The notes under the pieces are model-generated. The model saw nothing but the letters and a program-made list of their open reading frames with translations, ran no database searches and was not told the DNA's origin. A program made the position numbers and the translations under genes. From assembly GCA_002633005.1 (NCBI GenBank), contig NMRA01000012.1, forward strand, positions 948,564 to 1,012,193: a stretch of DNA of 63,630 nt. The letters run 5' to 3'. Positions 12,855 to 25,139 of the stretch are shown here, piece by piece. This DNA comes from Phoronis australis. Taxonomy: Eukaryota; Animalia; Phoronida. Every line of letters starts with the position of its first letter. Position 1 is the stretch's first letter.

Positions 12855-13154
12855 GATCATGCACTCCAACTGAAGTACAAGACCTAGCAGGGTCTACGGA
12901 AATATATTACAACTCACTCTGATGTTTTGTGCATTGCATCCACTGGAGCGTTTCTCTAACAAACCTGTTTTATAGTCTAAGCTCTGCTATCCTGATCTTT
13001 TCCTTCCCCCCTCCCACCCTTGAGACAATACCTGGGAGACAAACTTCTGGGCTTGAACTTGAAATTCTACTTAATCTCAAGATCGTGTATGCCTCATATA
13101 CCCTAGCCAGCCAGCTATCTGGATGAAAACTACCGTATTTAGTATACAGGTTTG

Positions 13155-13585
13155 CGCCCGGTTGCATGAAAAAGTCCCAAATAGGGACTTAACTAAGTTC
13201 CCTAAAACCTAAAGCGTATTTTGAACTTGTGAAAACGTCGATTGCCCTTTCTTGTATTGTTTAGTTTTATTACTAGTCAACTTTTGACTTTGATACAAGT
13301 CGAGTGTGAACTCTACGTTGAATTGTCAATATTATCAAAAATAATTAGGGATCTTTTCATGCAACACTCCCAGTTTAAGGACTGAGTACCTATTTATTTT
13401 CGATAAACTCTGGACTCAGTTTTTAGTTATATTATTAGAAAATGTCAATAATCAAAGAGCAGCTCATAATAAAGATGAAATGATACAAAAATATTGCATC
13501 TGTGATTCCATAAAGACAACAATACGCAAAAAGGCTCATGGACCCTATTTGAGTCCCTTTTGGGGACTGCTTCATGCTACTGGCC
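13155..13585. mobile_element. MITE with ~26-bp imperfect TIRs (PIF/Harbinger-like ends)
   Basis: gcccggttgcatgaaaaagtcccaaa ... tttggggactgcttcatgctactggcc. Confidence 0.5.
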
Positions 13586-13874
13586 ACTGATACCCACTTC
13601 CTGGTTGGCGGGTATGTGGTGTCCAGCCTTCACCCATTTTTTGGTAACCTCATTCTGTTGACATCCAGACTTGTTCTGCTGTGAACTGAACTGATTCTGT
13701 ATTTATAGCTGTTGTTTTATTGTTAGGAATTAATTCAGAAGTTACACCACAGTAGTGTGTTAGAAATTAATTTCTTTGGTCAGATAGTTGAATATTTGTC
13801 CTGTCAAGCTATTGACTACTTGAAATCAGTCGATCTGTACTGCTAAACTTATTTCGTTTCAGGATTGATAAATC

Positions 13875-14521
13875 ATGGAACTTATGTACGAAGATCTGTA
13901 TTCTCGCCTACGTAAGAGGGCCCATCAACTGGGAATTACGGATGAAGATTTACTAAAACATGGTGTTATTGAAGATTTGAGGGCCCCCCACTGGCGCTGT
14001 GGTCATGTCATTGGTTTCATTTTCATCATATTCATTGTCATGATCGCTACTGTTCTCTCGAGTTACTTAGTCAGTTGGCCACTTCCCAGGAGAACTGTGC
14101 TGACGTTTGTCACAGACAAAATTTTAGATGCAGATTTAGAAGAGGAGCAATGTATTGTGTCCCATAAAGAGTATGTGCTTGACTTTATTAGGCCGCCTGT
14201 TAATTGTAATATGTGCAAGAACCTGTCATCTGTGGATCGAGTCGCAAACATGACACCTATGGAGTTTGAGAAGAAATATGCATACACCAAGCGTCCAGTT
14301 GTGATTGAAGATGGACAGAAAGACTGGACGGCTGCTAAGACATTTTCATTTGCTTTTTTCAAGAGTGTGTATGCTAACGACAGTCCTGCACTTGATAATG
14401 ACGATCCGTACTGTCAATTTTTTCCTTACAAAACCAAATTTCAGGCCCTTCGTGAGGTCTTCAATATGAGTCACAACAGAGCGCATTTAAAAGATGGATC
14501 GGACCCTTGGTACATTGGGTG
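13875..14521 (+). CDS. Cupin/JmjC-like gene coding exon 1
   Basis: 216-aa ORF ending PWYIG-TG|GTAAGA. Confidence 0.93.
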
Positions 14522-17500
14522 GTAAGAGAACTCTGATGTTTCGGTCTTATAGATATTGTGTAAAGTACAAAACAAGGTTGGGTTTTGTCCCACTTCTCTC
14601 GACGTCATAGCGCTAACCTAAACTGACTAGTGGGAATCTGCCTGATATGTGTAAGACCCCGTGCTGTTTTTGCAGGTTCCAGGCTACATACCTGCCTATG
14701 TTAGTCATGTACTCAGTTTGAAACCTGAGAGTTAGTGTAGTATTACTGCGGTTATAAGTCTCAATAGATAAAATCCCGCTATATCATCCGAAAGTAATTT
14801 CAAAATTTTCTATTTTAAAGGGCTGTCCCAATTTTTGCTTCAAACAGTCAACTTTTTACCGAATACAACTGTCATATGTCAAGTACAAACAATCACCAAT
14901 TAATTTTGTTTTTGATACACTTTTACTTCATAGTTGACTTTCTTAAATTTCATGTTCTGTATTTTGGTCTTTGTCTGTTGCTCCAAATCTGCAAAAAATA
15001 TGGATATCACCATATGTATTATTCCCTGATGCCTTTTCTACAATAAATTGTTCTAAACTATTGTCTGCTGAAAAAGTACAAAGCTTATTCTAGTCAGAAA
15101 AAAATGTTTTCATTTTTTGTCTAAAGCCTTATGCAGTGTCATCTTTATCACATGGGCGGCGCAGCACTGAAAAAAGGGTTGGGGCTAAAGTTCCCCGGCC
15201 CCCCTGTGGTGTACTGCCCATGGATCATGGGCGGCGCAGCACTGAAAAAAGTGGGGGCTATAGCCCCCAGTCCCCTATGGTGCGCCGCCCATGTGTCAGC
15301 ACGATGCTTGAAACCATTGTCTGCTTTGTAGTCTGGGAAGTGACACTTTGTTTTGTTCGTTTTTTAATACGTCGAGATGCATTTCTTATCACGCTCGATA
15401 AAAGAATGACCTGAATGAAGTTCACTGATTGGTTCGATAGGGAGATACGCTGCCACTAACTTGACTTGTTCCAGTATGAAATTTGAAATTTCCGTTTAAC
15501 CTAATTAGTGTTGCAGTAACAAAATGGTAAGCCACTTTCGTTATATGCACTGTGTACCATTCAAATGATGATGTGCCGATCATATTCTAGTCGTTTTTCT
15601 AATAATTTCAGTATTTTACAGGAGTAACTGTGATGGTACGGCAGCTGAAAAGTTACGACAACACTACAGACGACCGTACTTCATCCCTAAAGTGTCCGAA
15701 TCAAGTAGGACGGACTGGATCTTTATGGGGAGTCCAGGTCATGGGGCACACATGCACGTGAGTAGTATGAATGTAGCAAAGCTTCTGTGGAAATAATCCT
15801 TTTATTTATTACATAATGTGACAGACTAGTGAAATTTTATTTTTCATTATTTTCACAAAAGATTTATTGTTGCTCCAAGGTAGTGCTTTTTAATTTTTAA
15901 GTTCTATACCCAGAAATATGTTTTAGGAGCCTTAGAATTGTATTGCAATCATGCTTTGTTTTGTGTTGTGCTCAGATTCATACTCATTGGCGAGGCAGAT
16001 CACCAGATCAAAACTAATGTGAGTAAGCAAAACAACAAACTTAGAAACATATGAACATATTGTGAATGAACAGATCCCAATTAGGGATTTATGTGTTTGG
16101 TCAAATGGAATTGTAGTGATCCGTTTACCCCAACCACTTGTCGTATCACACACTTGAAAATGCTCCACCCTCTCCCCTTTTAAAAATCAAGTCCACGTAG
16201 GACATAAAATCTAATTGCAAAGATTTTCAGTTGTACAGAACACTGAACTCTCACTAATTTAGGACACAACATAGCAGAAGTGGGAAAAAAGAATTTTTAT
16301 CTTTTTGATAAAACAAGAGTAACAGCAAATATAGCGCTTAATGGGCAATTTTGATTTATTGTGGGCAATCACATCAATGTTAGTGACTTTGATAAATGAA
16401 AAGAATCAAATTTTGGCTATTATTTTTGTCTGAAATATGTGAGCCCATGTCTTGGGTGTTATCGAACCTAAGAATCAATATAAACCAATCTATGAAATGC
16501 ATAGCATAGGAACGTAGTACTCATTTTAGCGAATTCAAAGATTGTATCTGTCAGGCATCTATTAAACTGACATGTTTCAGATGTTTACGATGTCATATGG
16601 ATATACATTGTCATTGCTAACAGAAGATACAATATTTGCAAGATGTTGCTTACAGTTGGTACATTTTCTCTTTAAAATATGTCGTCTGATGACCAAGTTA
16701 TGAAAAACTACTATCTCATCTAATGTTTCTTATCTATTAAGCTAGTGACACCTGGTGTTCATGTTGATGACACAGGGTTGTATAAAATGGCACAGTAAAA
16801 CTTTCTACAGGAAAGATGTCCAACTTAAAAGTTCACATTTTTCCATCCTTACCATTTCTGATCCATTTGATTGCAAATAGGCCGATCCCTGTGTTCTCTA
16901 AATAACTGCGAAGTAATGAGTCTGTATTTGCTAAACTGGTGTGAGTTGGACTGATGTGGCAAAATTGGTCAATAAGCTGTGGATACTTGTCAACGTTTTG
17001 CAACTGCTCTATTTGTCGACTTTCATTAAGTAATAACTAATCGCGGTAATGCTGTGTACAGTGTGTTAGATCGATTTAGTTCAAACACTATTTTCTTATT
17101 ACCGTTATTGTGTGCCATATATACATGTACATGTGTGGGGGACATATTAGTGCCGTTCTCGCATGAAAGTTGATGAAAATTGTCCTTAGTATTTTTCAAA
17201 TAAATTTTACTGAGAAACATTTTTTGCATTGGGACACGAATTTGGCGGGATTCCAAGTTCCACTAAATTTCACTGGATTAATACAGGGTAAAATTATGTA
17301 TGACTTCTACCACATTATCAGCCTGACATGGCCAATACATCCGTTACGTAACGCATATAATTATTCAATGCGCATTGAATAATATTTTGGTCGGAAACCG
17401 AGGTCGGTTTCGAACCCTCTTCGCAAGAGTTTCGAGTCATTGACTTAACCGCTGCGCCACTCAGCAGCTGACGTCATCGAACGTGAAAATACAATACTTA

Positions 17501-20500
17501 AATCTTACTATAATCTTATGTTCAACAAACGGCATTGTACCGACCTTAATACGCTATGAGAATTAAGATGTACAATTTCAATAAAAACGAAATTTAATTC
17601 AGTAAAATTTATCACTTTCTCTCACTTGTAAATCATCAATTTCCAGTTTGAATGTGGGTAACGTGTCGTCGGTATCCTTTGACTTGGACATCATACTCAG
17701 TTACCAGTGATTACCTACTTTAGCAGAAGATATTTTCTCGGTCGAAGCTTAGTATGATAAAATGTGTAGTAAGCTAAACTAGTTGCACTTTATTTTTATT
17801 TAGTTTAAATTTTCAATTGGTTTTGAGTTAAAACATTAGTTTAACAAAAATAACTAAGTGTTTCTTAAAAGGTCACGACCTCCGACCCCAGGCCCCCGAC
17901 ATAGAAAGTAGTTACAAAGCCGAGGCAAATCGAGAAAGGTAGATCGATTCATTGCAATGCTTCTCATTCAGTATGTGGTATAAATAGATTATTACATGTT
18001 CTTAGTCGTTATCCCCCTTATTTCAGTAGAGCCCTCTGTCGATAATTCTCCAAAATCCACTTGAGCTCTAGATTACGGGGGATAACAACTTCGCCATTTA
18101 ACAGTCTATATTTACGTGATTTGTTTATTGTGTTTAAAAAATTATGATCGTTATTATATAAAAAGCCAATGGTGCTGACACATGCATTGTACTTCACTGA
18201 CTGTGTAGTGGCAGTGTCTGCCCATAGGGGCAACATAACTTCCAATATTCATGAATCATTTGGAGACACAACCGTTTGTAGAATTAGTTTCCTGTATTTT
18301 TTCCTGAACTATTTCTGTGATTTCAAAATACATGGCAGGGCTGAACCTAAGTGAGCAAATGCTTGAAAAAAGTGGAAGAAGTAAAATACAACTAGAAAAT
18401 TGACCTCACTTGTACGGGCGCCGAGCAGACCTTGGCGTTTTTTTGCCAGCAACCACATCTCTGGTTCTAGACCCAGCGATTATGTCCAGTGTTCTCCATG
18501 ACATGTCATTTTGAGAAATTACGCGTCCTCTTATTAAATGCCATTTAAACATTCGAACAATGTGTGCGCTTAAGCGTTGAGCCGGGGAGTCGCCCTCGTC
18601 ACCCATGACCTTTGACTGGAAGTTCAAAGGATTTCCTGTTACCATAAAGCTCGTTGCCCAAGCGAAAGTTAAATTGGCGCTTTCTAACCAATATGCGTAT
18701 TTGAGTAGCGTAGTACGCAATTTGATTTATGAGAAAATACGCATTGAATAACTACCTACCAAAATTCTAGGACCGACTTGTTCAAACTTTTACAGCTTGA
18801 ACGATCGAAAAACTTCCTTGTCAAAATACTTCTGCTAAGCATTGTGTACTGAATGACGTATTGATATGCGAGAATGATGCAGTGCAAATTTCGCAGTCAT
18901 GATGGTATTTCACGGCTTTGCATTGCTCTTGTTTAGTGATTGCTCATAGTCAGTATGTTGACATATTGTGAGCCATGTGTTGTGCTGCATTGGACGAGAC
19001 CATCTGAGTCTCTTTGGGATGTTGTCTTGTATTTACATGAGTATCACTTCACTTGTAATTGAGTGCACCTCTGCACTTTGTGTTGCTGGTGAGATAATTA
19101 GAGTAATTTATTATACTTTCGGCCAATGACCATATTGTATATATACCCCCAATGAAATAAAACTTGAAATTGTTGTACTATGGTCTGAATGTTGTGATTG
19201 GCTACAAAATAAAGGAAGAGACAGTTCACTTTTTGTGTACTGGAGCAATAATCTTATACAGAGGTTCTGGATTTTGAAAACTAGTTTGATTTTGTTATTC
19301 AGAGGAGAAAACTGGTTCTCAGATTGCAGGACCCCTGTATGAGACTATTAATCATCGGCATGCCATTCTAGTTTAAAAAAGGATTGATGCGTCAACTATC
19401 TTCTTGAATTTCAGATCGATAATGTGATGAATCCCTCGTGGCAGGCGCAAATCACGGGACGAAAAATGTGGATCCTGGAACCACCGTCTGAATGTTATTT
19501 TGAGTGTCCGTCTGCCAGTCATATGGAGACAGTACTGATGCCAGGTGATATTAGTAAGTACAGGCCTTATTATAGTAAATATCACTGTGACAACTATTCT
19601 AAAATAACGACAATATTACAAAATCCAGAGAAAATAACGTAATTGGTTCTGGTTTGTGGTTTCTTTGAATATTGATGCTGCAGTGATGCAGTACATTTTT
19701 ACCTGTTTTTACCAATAAAGAAAAAGTCATGTGATGCCACCTGAAATGAGTCGGGATCCTTTTTGTCCCAGCCTCATCTAATGCCAGCTGAATTGGGTTG
19801 GGATCCTTTTTATTATGCGTCCACATATTTATGTGTGGACGCATTATGCCGTCATCCCTGTCCGTCCGTCGGTCCGTCCGTCCGTCCGGCGTTCGTCCGT
19901 CCGGCGTCCGCTGCTCTATCTCCAAAACCGGTTGACGTATGTTCATGAAAGTGTGCACATGTGTTCTTTTTATGGATGGGACGGCATGAGCGAAGTTTCG
20001 GACGGATCCGACTACCGGTGTGTCCCCTAGTGGCAATTTTAGTTTTTTACGTTTACATCTGTATCTTCAAAGATCCTCAACATATTTCACAAAATTTGGT
20101 ATATAGGCATCTATTAGTGAGACGACGGTATCCTCCCGTTTTCGGATGGATTCGACGTAGTTTGCGCCACCTAGTGGCCATTTTTTCTGTTTTCGAGTCT
20201 GTTTTTTAGCGTCCACCCCTCTATCAACCAAACCGCTCTAAGGCATGATTGTGAAAGTTGGCATATATGTTCTTACTACGAAGAAGACGGTTGACGATGA
20301 TTTTCCGACGACTTGGATTACTCTGGCGCCTCCTAGTGGCAGTTTTTTTGCTCCTATGGCTATATCTCCTAAACTGTTTGCAGGTTCTTTACTAAATTTA
20401 ATAAGTGCATTTATATGATGATGACAACGGACGACGACGACTTTCGGACAGATTTGACAACTGGTGTGCAACGTAGTGGCAATTTTAGTTTTTTACGTTT

Positions 20501-22554
20501 ACCTCTGTATCTTCAAAGGTCCTCAACGTATTTTCATAAAATTTGGTATACAGTCTTCTGTAAGTGAGATGATGACGCTATCTTTCTGTTTTCAGATGAA
20601 TTTGACCTAGTTTACGCCACCTAGTGGCCGTATTCACTGTTTTTGAGTCTGTTTTTGGCTTCCACCCCTCTATCAACCAAACCGCTTTCAGGATATTTGT
20701 GAAAATTGGCATGTATGTTTTTACTTTGAAGTGGACAGGTGACGATGATTTTTGATTACTTCGACTACTGTGGCGGCTCCTATTGGCAGTTTCGTTTTTT
20801 CGCTTGTGGCGTATCTCCTAAACCGTTTGCAGGATTACTAAATTTAACAAGTGTGTTTATTTGATGTTGACAACGGACGACGACAATTTTCGAATGGTTC
20901 TGACTATTGGTGTGCCCCTGATGGCAATTTTAGTTTTACGTTTACCTCGGTATATTCAAAGGTCCTCAACGGATTTTCAAAAAAAAATGAGTACGTTTAA
21001 TAAGACTATAAAAGTCATATTTATTTGAGCTACCTATTTCCATTCGCCATTCCTGTACGCCACAATCCAGTAATCTCTGCTTGAATACCATAATAAATTC
21101 AGCACTATTGCCTGGGCCAAATAACCACACTTCTCCATAATCGTACCTATACAAAATTTGTTTGACACGGTGAGCCCAGTTAAAGTTACCATTTTCACCT
21201 TGTTCCCTAAGCATACTATAACACTTCAGGGGTACCTATGTTCTTCCATATCAAGTAATTTTGTCCAATAGATACTTGGTTTACACATATATTTTGTAAT
21301 TAACAATTGTCTCCCACATTCACCGCGAGCCATAGCATTTGGCGTTTTAATACTCAATCTCACAACACAGTGTTGAAACGAGAGGTGGAGTATCAAAGTT
21401 TTTGATTGAATATTTTGGATGTCGGCAATTGCGTAATGTAATTTGTCTCTGTTGTCTCTGGTTTGCTTTCATTAATTGGGACAGTTCAGCCCAAACTGTT
21501 TGTAACTGAACTGATAATATGAAGTTGGTTGTTTGGACTTGACCTTAAAACTGTTGTATTATGCCTCAGCTGTACTCCTTATGCTATGGTACATTGTTGT
21601 CCCCAGCCGCGCGTTATACACAGTATTCACGTTCGTCTCACAATGTTGCCGCGACGTCCCCAAAAGGAAGCAGGAGATTTTATTCATATTTATTACTGAA
21701 GTGGAGTGAGACATCTCCAGGCTGCAGTCGATTTCGGTTACCTTGGCATCATTCTCAAGGTCACAGTGAGAAAATCTAGTTCTTACCTAGAAAATGTTGT
21801 TTGCACAATATCTCCTGAAAGAAGTTGTAGATTTTGTTCATATTTTTTGACAAAGTGAAGGTGGGATATCTTCAGGGGCCAGTTCATTCTGATGACCTTG
21901 ACATCATTTTCCGGCAAGGTCACCAAGGAAAATCAAGCTTTTATACAAGAAAATGTTCTAGGTGCGATATTTGTAGAAATAAGCTGAGGACTCTCTTCAT
22001 ATTGTGTACCAAGGTGTTGGTGGGATGTCTTGAGTTGCCAATGGATTTTAGTGACCTTGGCCTCATTTTCAAAGTCACTGTGAGAGAGAGAATCAAATTT
22101 TTACTTTAAAATGTTCTTTGGGAGATATCTTCAGAAAGACTCTGAGGTCTTTTTCATTTTATGCTGGTGACCTTGATTTGATTTTCAAGGTCACAGCGAG
22201 AAAAGAAATGTTTTACATGAAAAATGTTGGGGCAGTATCCCACGAAGGAAGTTTTGGCCTTTGGTCATACTTTGTACTGATGTGTTGGCTGATCATCTGC
22301 AGGCGCTAGTCGAATTTGGTGACCTTGACATGATTTTCAAAGTCACAGCACGAATACCAGGTTTTTATGTGGAAAATGTGAACGTGATATCTCAAGAAGG
22401 AAGCTGTGGCATTTGTGATTGTGGGGAACAATTTAGTGGCTCTGTGACCAATGCTTGTTCTGTTTTAGTTGTGGTTGATACTAATGTCTGGGTACACGGG
22501 ACGAGAGTGCTTGGAGATGACATCAGCATCTGCATCGGGTCTGAATTTGACTGA
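13875..22554 (+). CDS. Membrane-anchored cupin-like/JmjC-fold 2-oxoglutarate-Fe(II) oxygenase-like protein, spliced: join(13875-14521,15622-15757,19415-19553,22469-22554), ~335 aa
   Basis: Exons of 647,136,139,86 nt with GT-AG ends and consistent phases. Hydrophobic TM segment VIGFIFIIFIVMIATVLSSYLV; F.KKYAY..RPVVIED...DW (JmjC N-terminal motif); WIFMG..GHGAHMHIDNV..PSWQAQITGRKMWIL.PP; PGDIIVVDTNVWVHGT. The HxD...H metal triad is intact. Confidence 0.92.
15151..15293. mobile_element. Dimeric ~70-bp GC-rich MITE, copy 2
   Basis: catgggcggcgcagcactg...tgcccatg-gat-catgggcggcgcagcactg...tgcgccgcccatg. Confidence 0.75.
15622..15757 (+). CDS. Cupin/JmjC-like gene coding exon 2
   Basis: ttttacag|G SNCDGTAAEKLRQHYRRPYFIPKVSESSRTDWIFMGSPGHGAHMH|GTGAGT. 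Confidence 0.93.
17397..17465 (-). pseudogene. Degenerate tRNA-like sequence (Ser-CGA-like) or tRNA-derived repeat head
   Basis: Minus strand GCTGAGTGGCGCAGCGG (A box) ... CTCGAAA loop ... ctcttgcgaagag hairpin ... GGTTCGAAAC (B box) ... CTCGGT; stems imperfect. Confidence 0.4.
19415..19553 (+). CDS. Cupin/JmjC-like gene coding exon 3
   Basis: tttcag|IDNVMNPSWQAQITGRKMWILEPPSECYFECPSASHMETVLMPGDI A|GTAAGT. Confidence 0.93.
19806..20985 (+). mobile_element. Helentron/DINE-1-like non-autonomous element (HINE) with internal tandem array
   Basis: T-run start, palindrome atgcgtccacata..tgtggacgcat, (GTCC)n microsatellite at about 19860-19910, then ~447-bp repeats (matching positions 20028/20475/20921) built from ~150-bp subunits. 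Confidence 0.7.
20990..21365 (-). pseudogene. LINE (CR1/L2-group) ORF2 C-terminal fragment
   Basis: TPNAMARGECGR..YWTKLLDMEEHRYP..NWAHRVKQILYRYDYGEVW..FKQRLLDCGVQEW, typical of the post-RT region; contains a stop and a frameshift. Confidence 0.75.
21600..22430 (+). repeat. Degenerate ~155-bp satellite-like array (tgaccttga...ttttcaaggtcac core), probably a second Helentron-type element
   Basis: Core recurs at about 21740, 21893, 22052, 22168, 22320. Confidence 0.6.
22469..22554 (+). CDS. Cupin/JmjC-like gene terminal coding exon
   Basis: ctgttttag|TT VVDTNVWVHGTRVLGDDISICIGSEFD-TGA. Confidence 0.92.
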
Positions 22555-22894
22555 GCTGCTCCTATGTATCTTCAGTTTAGATCACTGTTAGTGCATTTCT
22601 ACCATTTCATACAAAAGCATTTTGCTTAAAGTCCTAGTCAGTCAGTGTTACGTATATCAAGCTGAAATCACAAACTTCAAACCTGTACAAATCAAGTTTG
22701 CGTCAGTGAGTAATCATGTTAAAGGAGAATGCCACCCCATTTAATTAGTCTTTTTTGCCGTCTTAATCAGTCTATATCCACATCGCCTCGCATACGGTCG
22801 ACCTTACCTTGCCGAGAGGTGTCGCGTTAACCTGTGAGGAAGGTGAGAAACGACGCAGCGACGTCAGTGGTTCACTTGCAGAGTTAATGCCGCT

Positions 22895-23080
22895 ATGTTG
22901 CGGTGCATCGTTCCCGCTTGTCCGAACGATGCAGCTGCGAGGAAAGCGGGTATATCGTTTTTTCGACTTCCTGGAGAGTCCGAAATGCTTAGGAAGTGGC
23001 TCGCGGTAGTGAAGAATGAAAAGTACGCTGTGAATAGCAAGTGTGAGGCCGTGAAATATCTCCGTGTCTGTGGCCTGCAG
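22895..23080 (+). pseudogene. Truncated THAP zinc-finger (transposase N-terminus)
   Basis: MLRCIVPACPN..ISFFRLP..RKWL..LRVCGLQ follows the C2CH THAP pattern, but the His is Gln and there is no AVPTIF box. Confidence 0.75.
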
Positions 23081-23720
23081 TCGTCGACAGTGAGTCTGAA
23101 GAATGCCGGCTTAGCAAATAACTATCCATACGTTCCGTTGTCTGAGCTTGTTCACGGCGCCTCTCTAGTATTTCTTGGTCATGTATTCCTGTCCGAACTG
23201 ATACCCTGTGAAACTTAACGATCCACCAGCGAAGTCTTCGTCGGGATGAGCTCTCGTCTAAGTCGGGATTGCGAGTCAGCTGCCATCCGTGTTGGCGTTT
23301 GAGCGTTCTGTTTCAAAATGAATTATTCTCACCCTTACCAATACTTATATAAAACTGAAACAAAGTCTGTCTCATTAGGTGCAATTTGTAATGTCTTTGG
23401 AGTGTTCGTGAGTGCAAATGATTTGAGAAGCCAGCAATGAATAAATCACTGCGTTACCGGCTTTAGGTGCAATAAAACTAATTAACAGGACACCGAGGCC
23501 GTGTGAGCTCATGCTAATTCAATGTTTGCTGACAGAAACAGTTGTGAAACAACTCGATTTCTATCCCACAGGTGTTAGGGGAATCTTTATTTACATTTAC
23601 ATTATTCAAATAGTGATTGTCAATGTACAACTTCTGCCCTGACGGTTCTGTGGTCAAAGCGGAACCTGAATTCGCGGCCCCCGACGAGTAAGTAGATTTG
23701 CAGTTTCGTGGCTAATTCAC

Positions 23721-25139
23721 CACGGGTGAGAAACAACATGACCGCCGGTCCTCTAAACAGGACCTCCGGGGATCAAATGGGACCGCCGCACCAGAAAATG
23801 GGACTGACGCACCCAAAAACATGACCGCCCCACCACAAAACAGGACCGCCGGGGACTAAAACCGCAATAACTAACAGGCTAAGATTTATTACCGTTAGGC
23901 CTACACAGATCATACAATGGGGCTATATACGTATGCATATGCAGGTCTTGTGCCGATTAATCCACCGAAATCTTTTGTGAGCAACAAAGGACACTTCGCT
24001 TTGTAATACGCGGCGCTTTTGAGTTTTACTCATCACCAGGCTCCCGGCTGCGGTATGTGACTTATAAACAGTTGAAAGGTCAACATTTAATAAATCTAAC
24101 ACAAAACAACCTCGTTGTACGCTTTTGAGCTAAATAATTATAATTTTATCCACTGCATAAGTTTTAGAACAAAATGAAAATCATTTTCTCCAATTTGACG
24201 TTTAAAGTTAGTCAAGTAAAAAAACGGACGTTCTGGTTCTCGGGTGAAGCATCATCATACTAGCTGCCTTTGTGCGGCAAAGCTGTACATTAAATGTACA
24301 GCTTTGCGCCGATGTGGGTAAAAAACTGAACATGTAAAATCTTTACCCGGCGAATTTTTTTTAACGACACTCTTCCTTGAGTAAACTAAATTATTTCATC
24401 GGCGCTCGAGAGAAATTGTCGTTCTGTCGTTATTCTGCGTTCTCTTAAGTCGGCTTACATTGGCCGGTTCCTTTTCCCCCGATTCTTCAGTCAACTGTCC
24501 TTCTACAAGGTTGCGTACCTGGCACAACAAATTATCGAAACTGGTTTCATTTCGTTATAAGTTTTCAGTACTTTAATACCAGCAAACCGAATTTCATAAC
24601 AAACCTTGTTGCCGCCAAGAAGTCATCATCTTTCGAAAGATGTCTCAAAATTTTTCTGAGGAAATGGCGCGTGCACATGTCACTTATTATTACAACAGTT
24701 CATTAGATTGTTTTTCACTCAAGCGGTTGCAAACTGCAAGGTGAGTGTTGGTTGACGCCTAGATTTTGCATGCGCCTGCATCGGTCGCGCGCTCTACTAC
24801 ATGTTGATGTAAGTTCCACGACGAGGTGACGAGCAGAACTACCCGGGCTGTGGGCAATGTCGGGGATGTAACGGAGCTCAATAACGCAAGGCTGTCAAGC
24901 TTTATTTTGGCGATAGTCTTTACACAGCTATCTGACCGGTTACGTCATAACCCGCAGTATCACACAAAGGCCTTAACTACTCAGTCCCCGGCGGTCCTGT
25001 TTTGTGGTGGGGCGGTCATGTTTTTAGGTGCGTCAGTCCTGTTTTGTGGTGGGACGGTCATGTTTTTAGGTGCGTCAGTCCTGTTTGGGTGAGTCGGTCC
25101 GATTTAGAGGACCGGCGGTCATGTTGTTTCTCACCCGTG
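23721..25139. mobile_element. Nested non-autonomous CAC...GTG DNA transposon, 5-bp TSD (TTCAC), Transib/CMC-like
   Basis: Perfect 37-bp TIR cacgggtgagaaacaacatgaccgccggtcctctaaa; TTCAC at 23716-23720 and 25140-25144; ~21-bp GACCGCC subterminal repeats at both ends. Confidence 0.85.

Noticed and set aside
19599-20036. 145-aa ORF with RTPDGRTD repeats
   Set aside because: It is a translation of the (GTCC)n microsatellite in a Helentron-type element.
22895-23218. Intact THAP-domain host gene
   Set aside because: The zinc-ligand His is Gln, similarity ends after ~62 aa, and it lies inside TTAA-flanked TIRs.
23755-23860. Regularly spaced ~21-bp repeats resembling a CRISPR array
   Set aside because: Eukaryotic context, no unique spacers, and mirrored at the other end of a TIR element, so these are subterminal transposon repeats.
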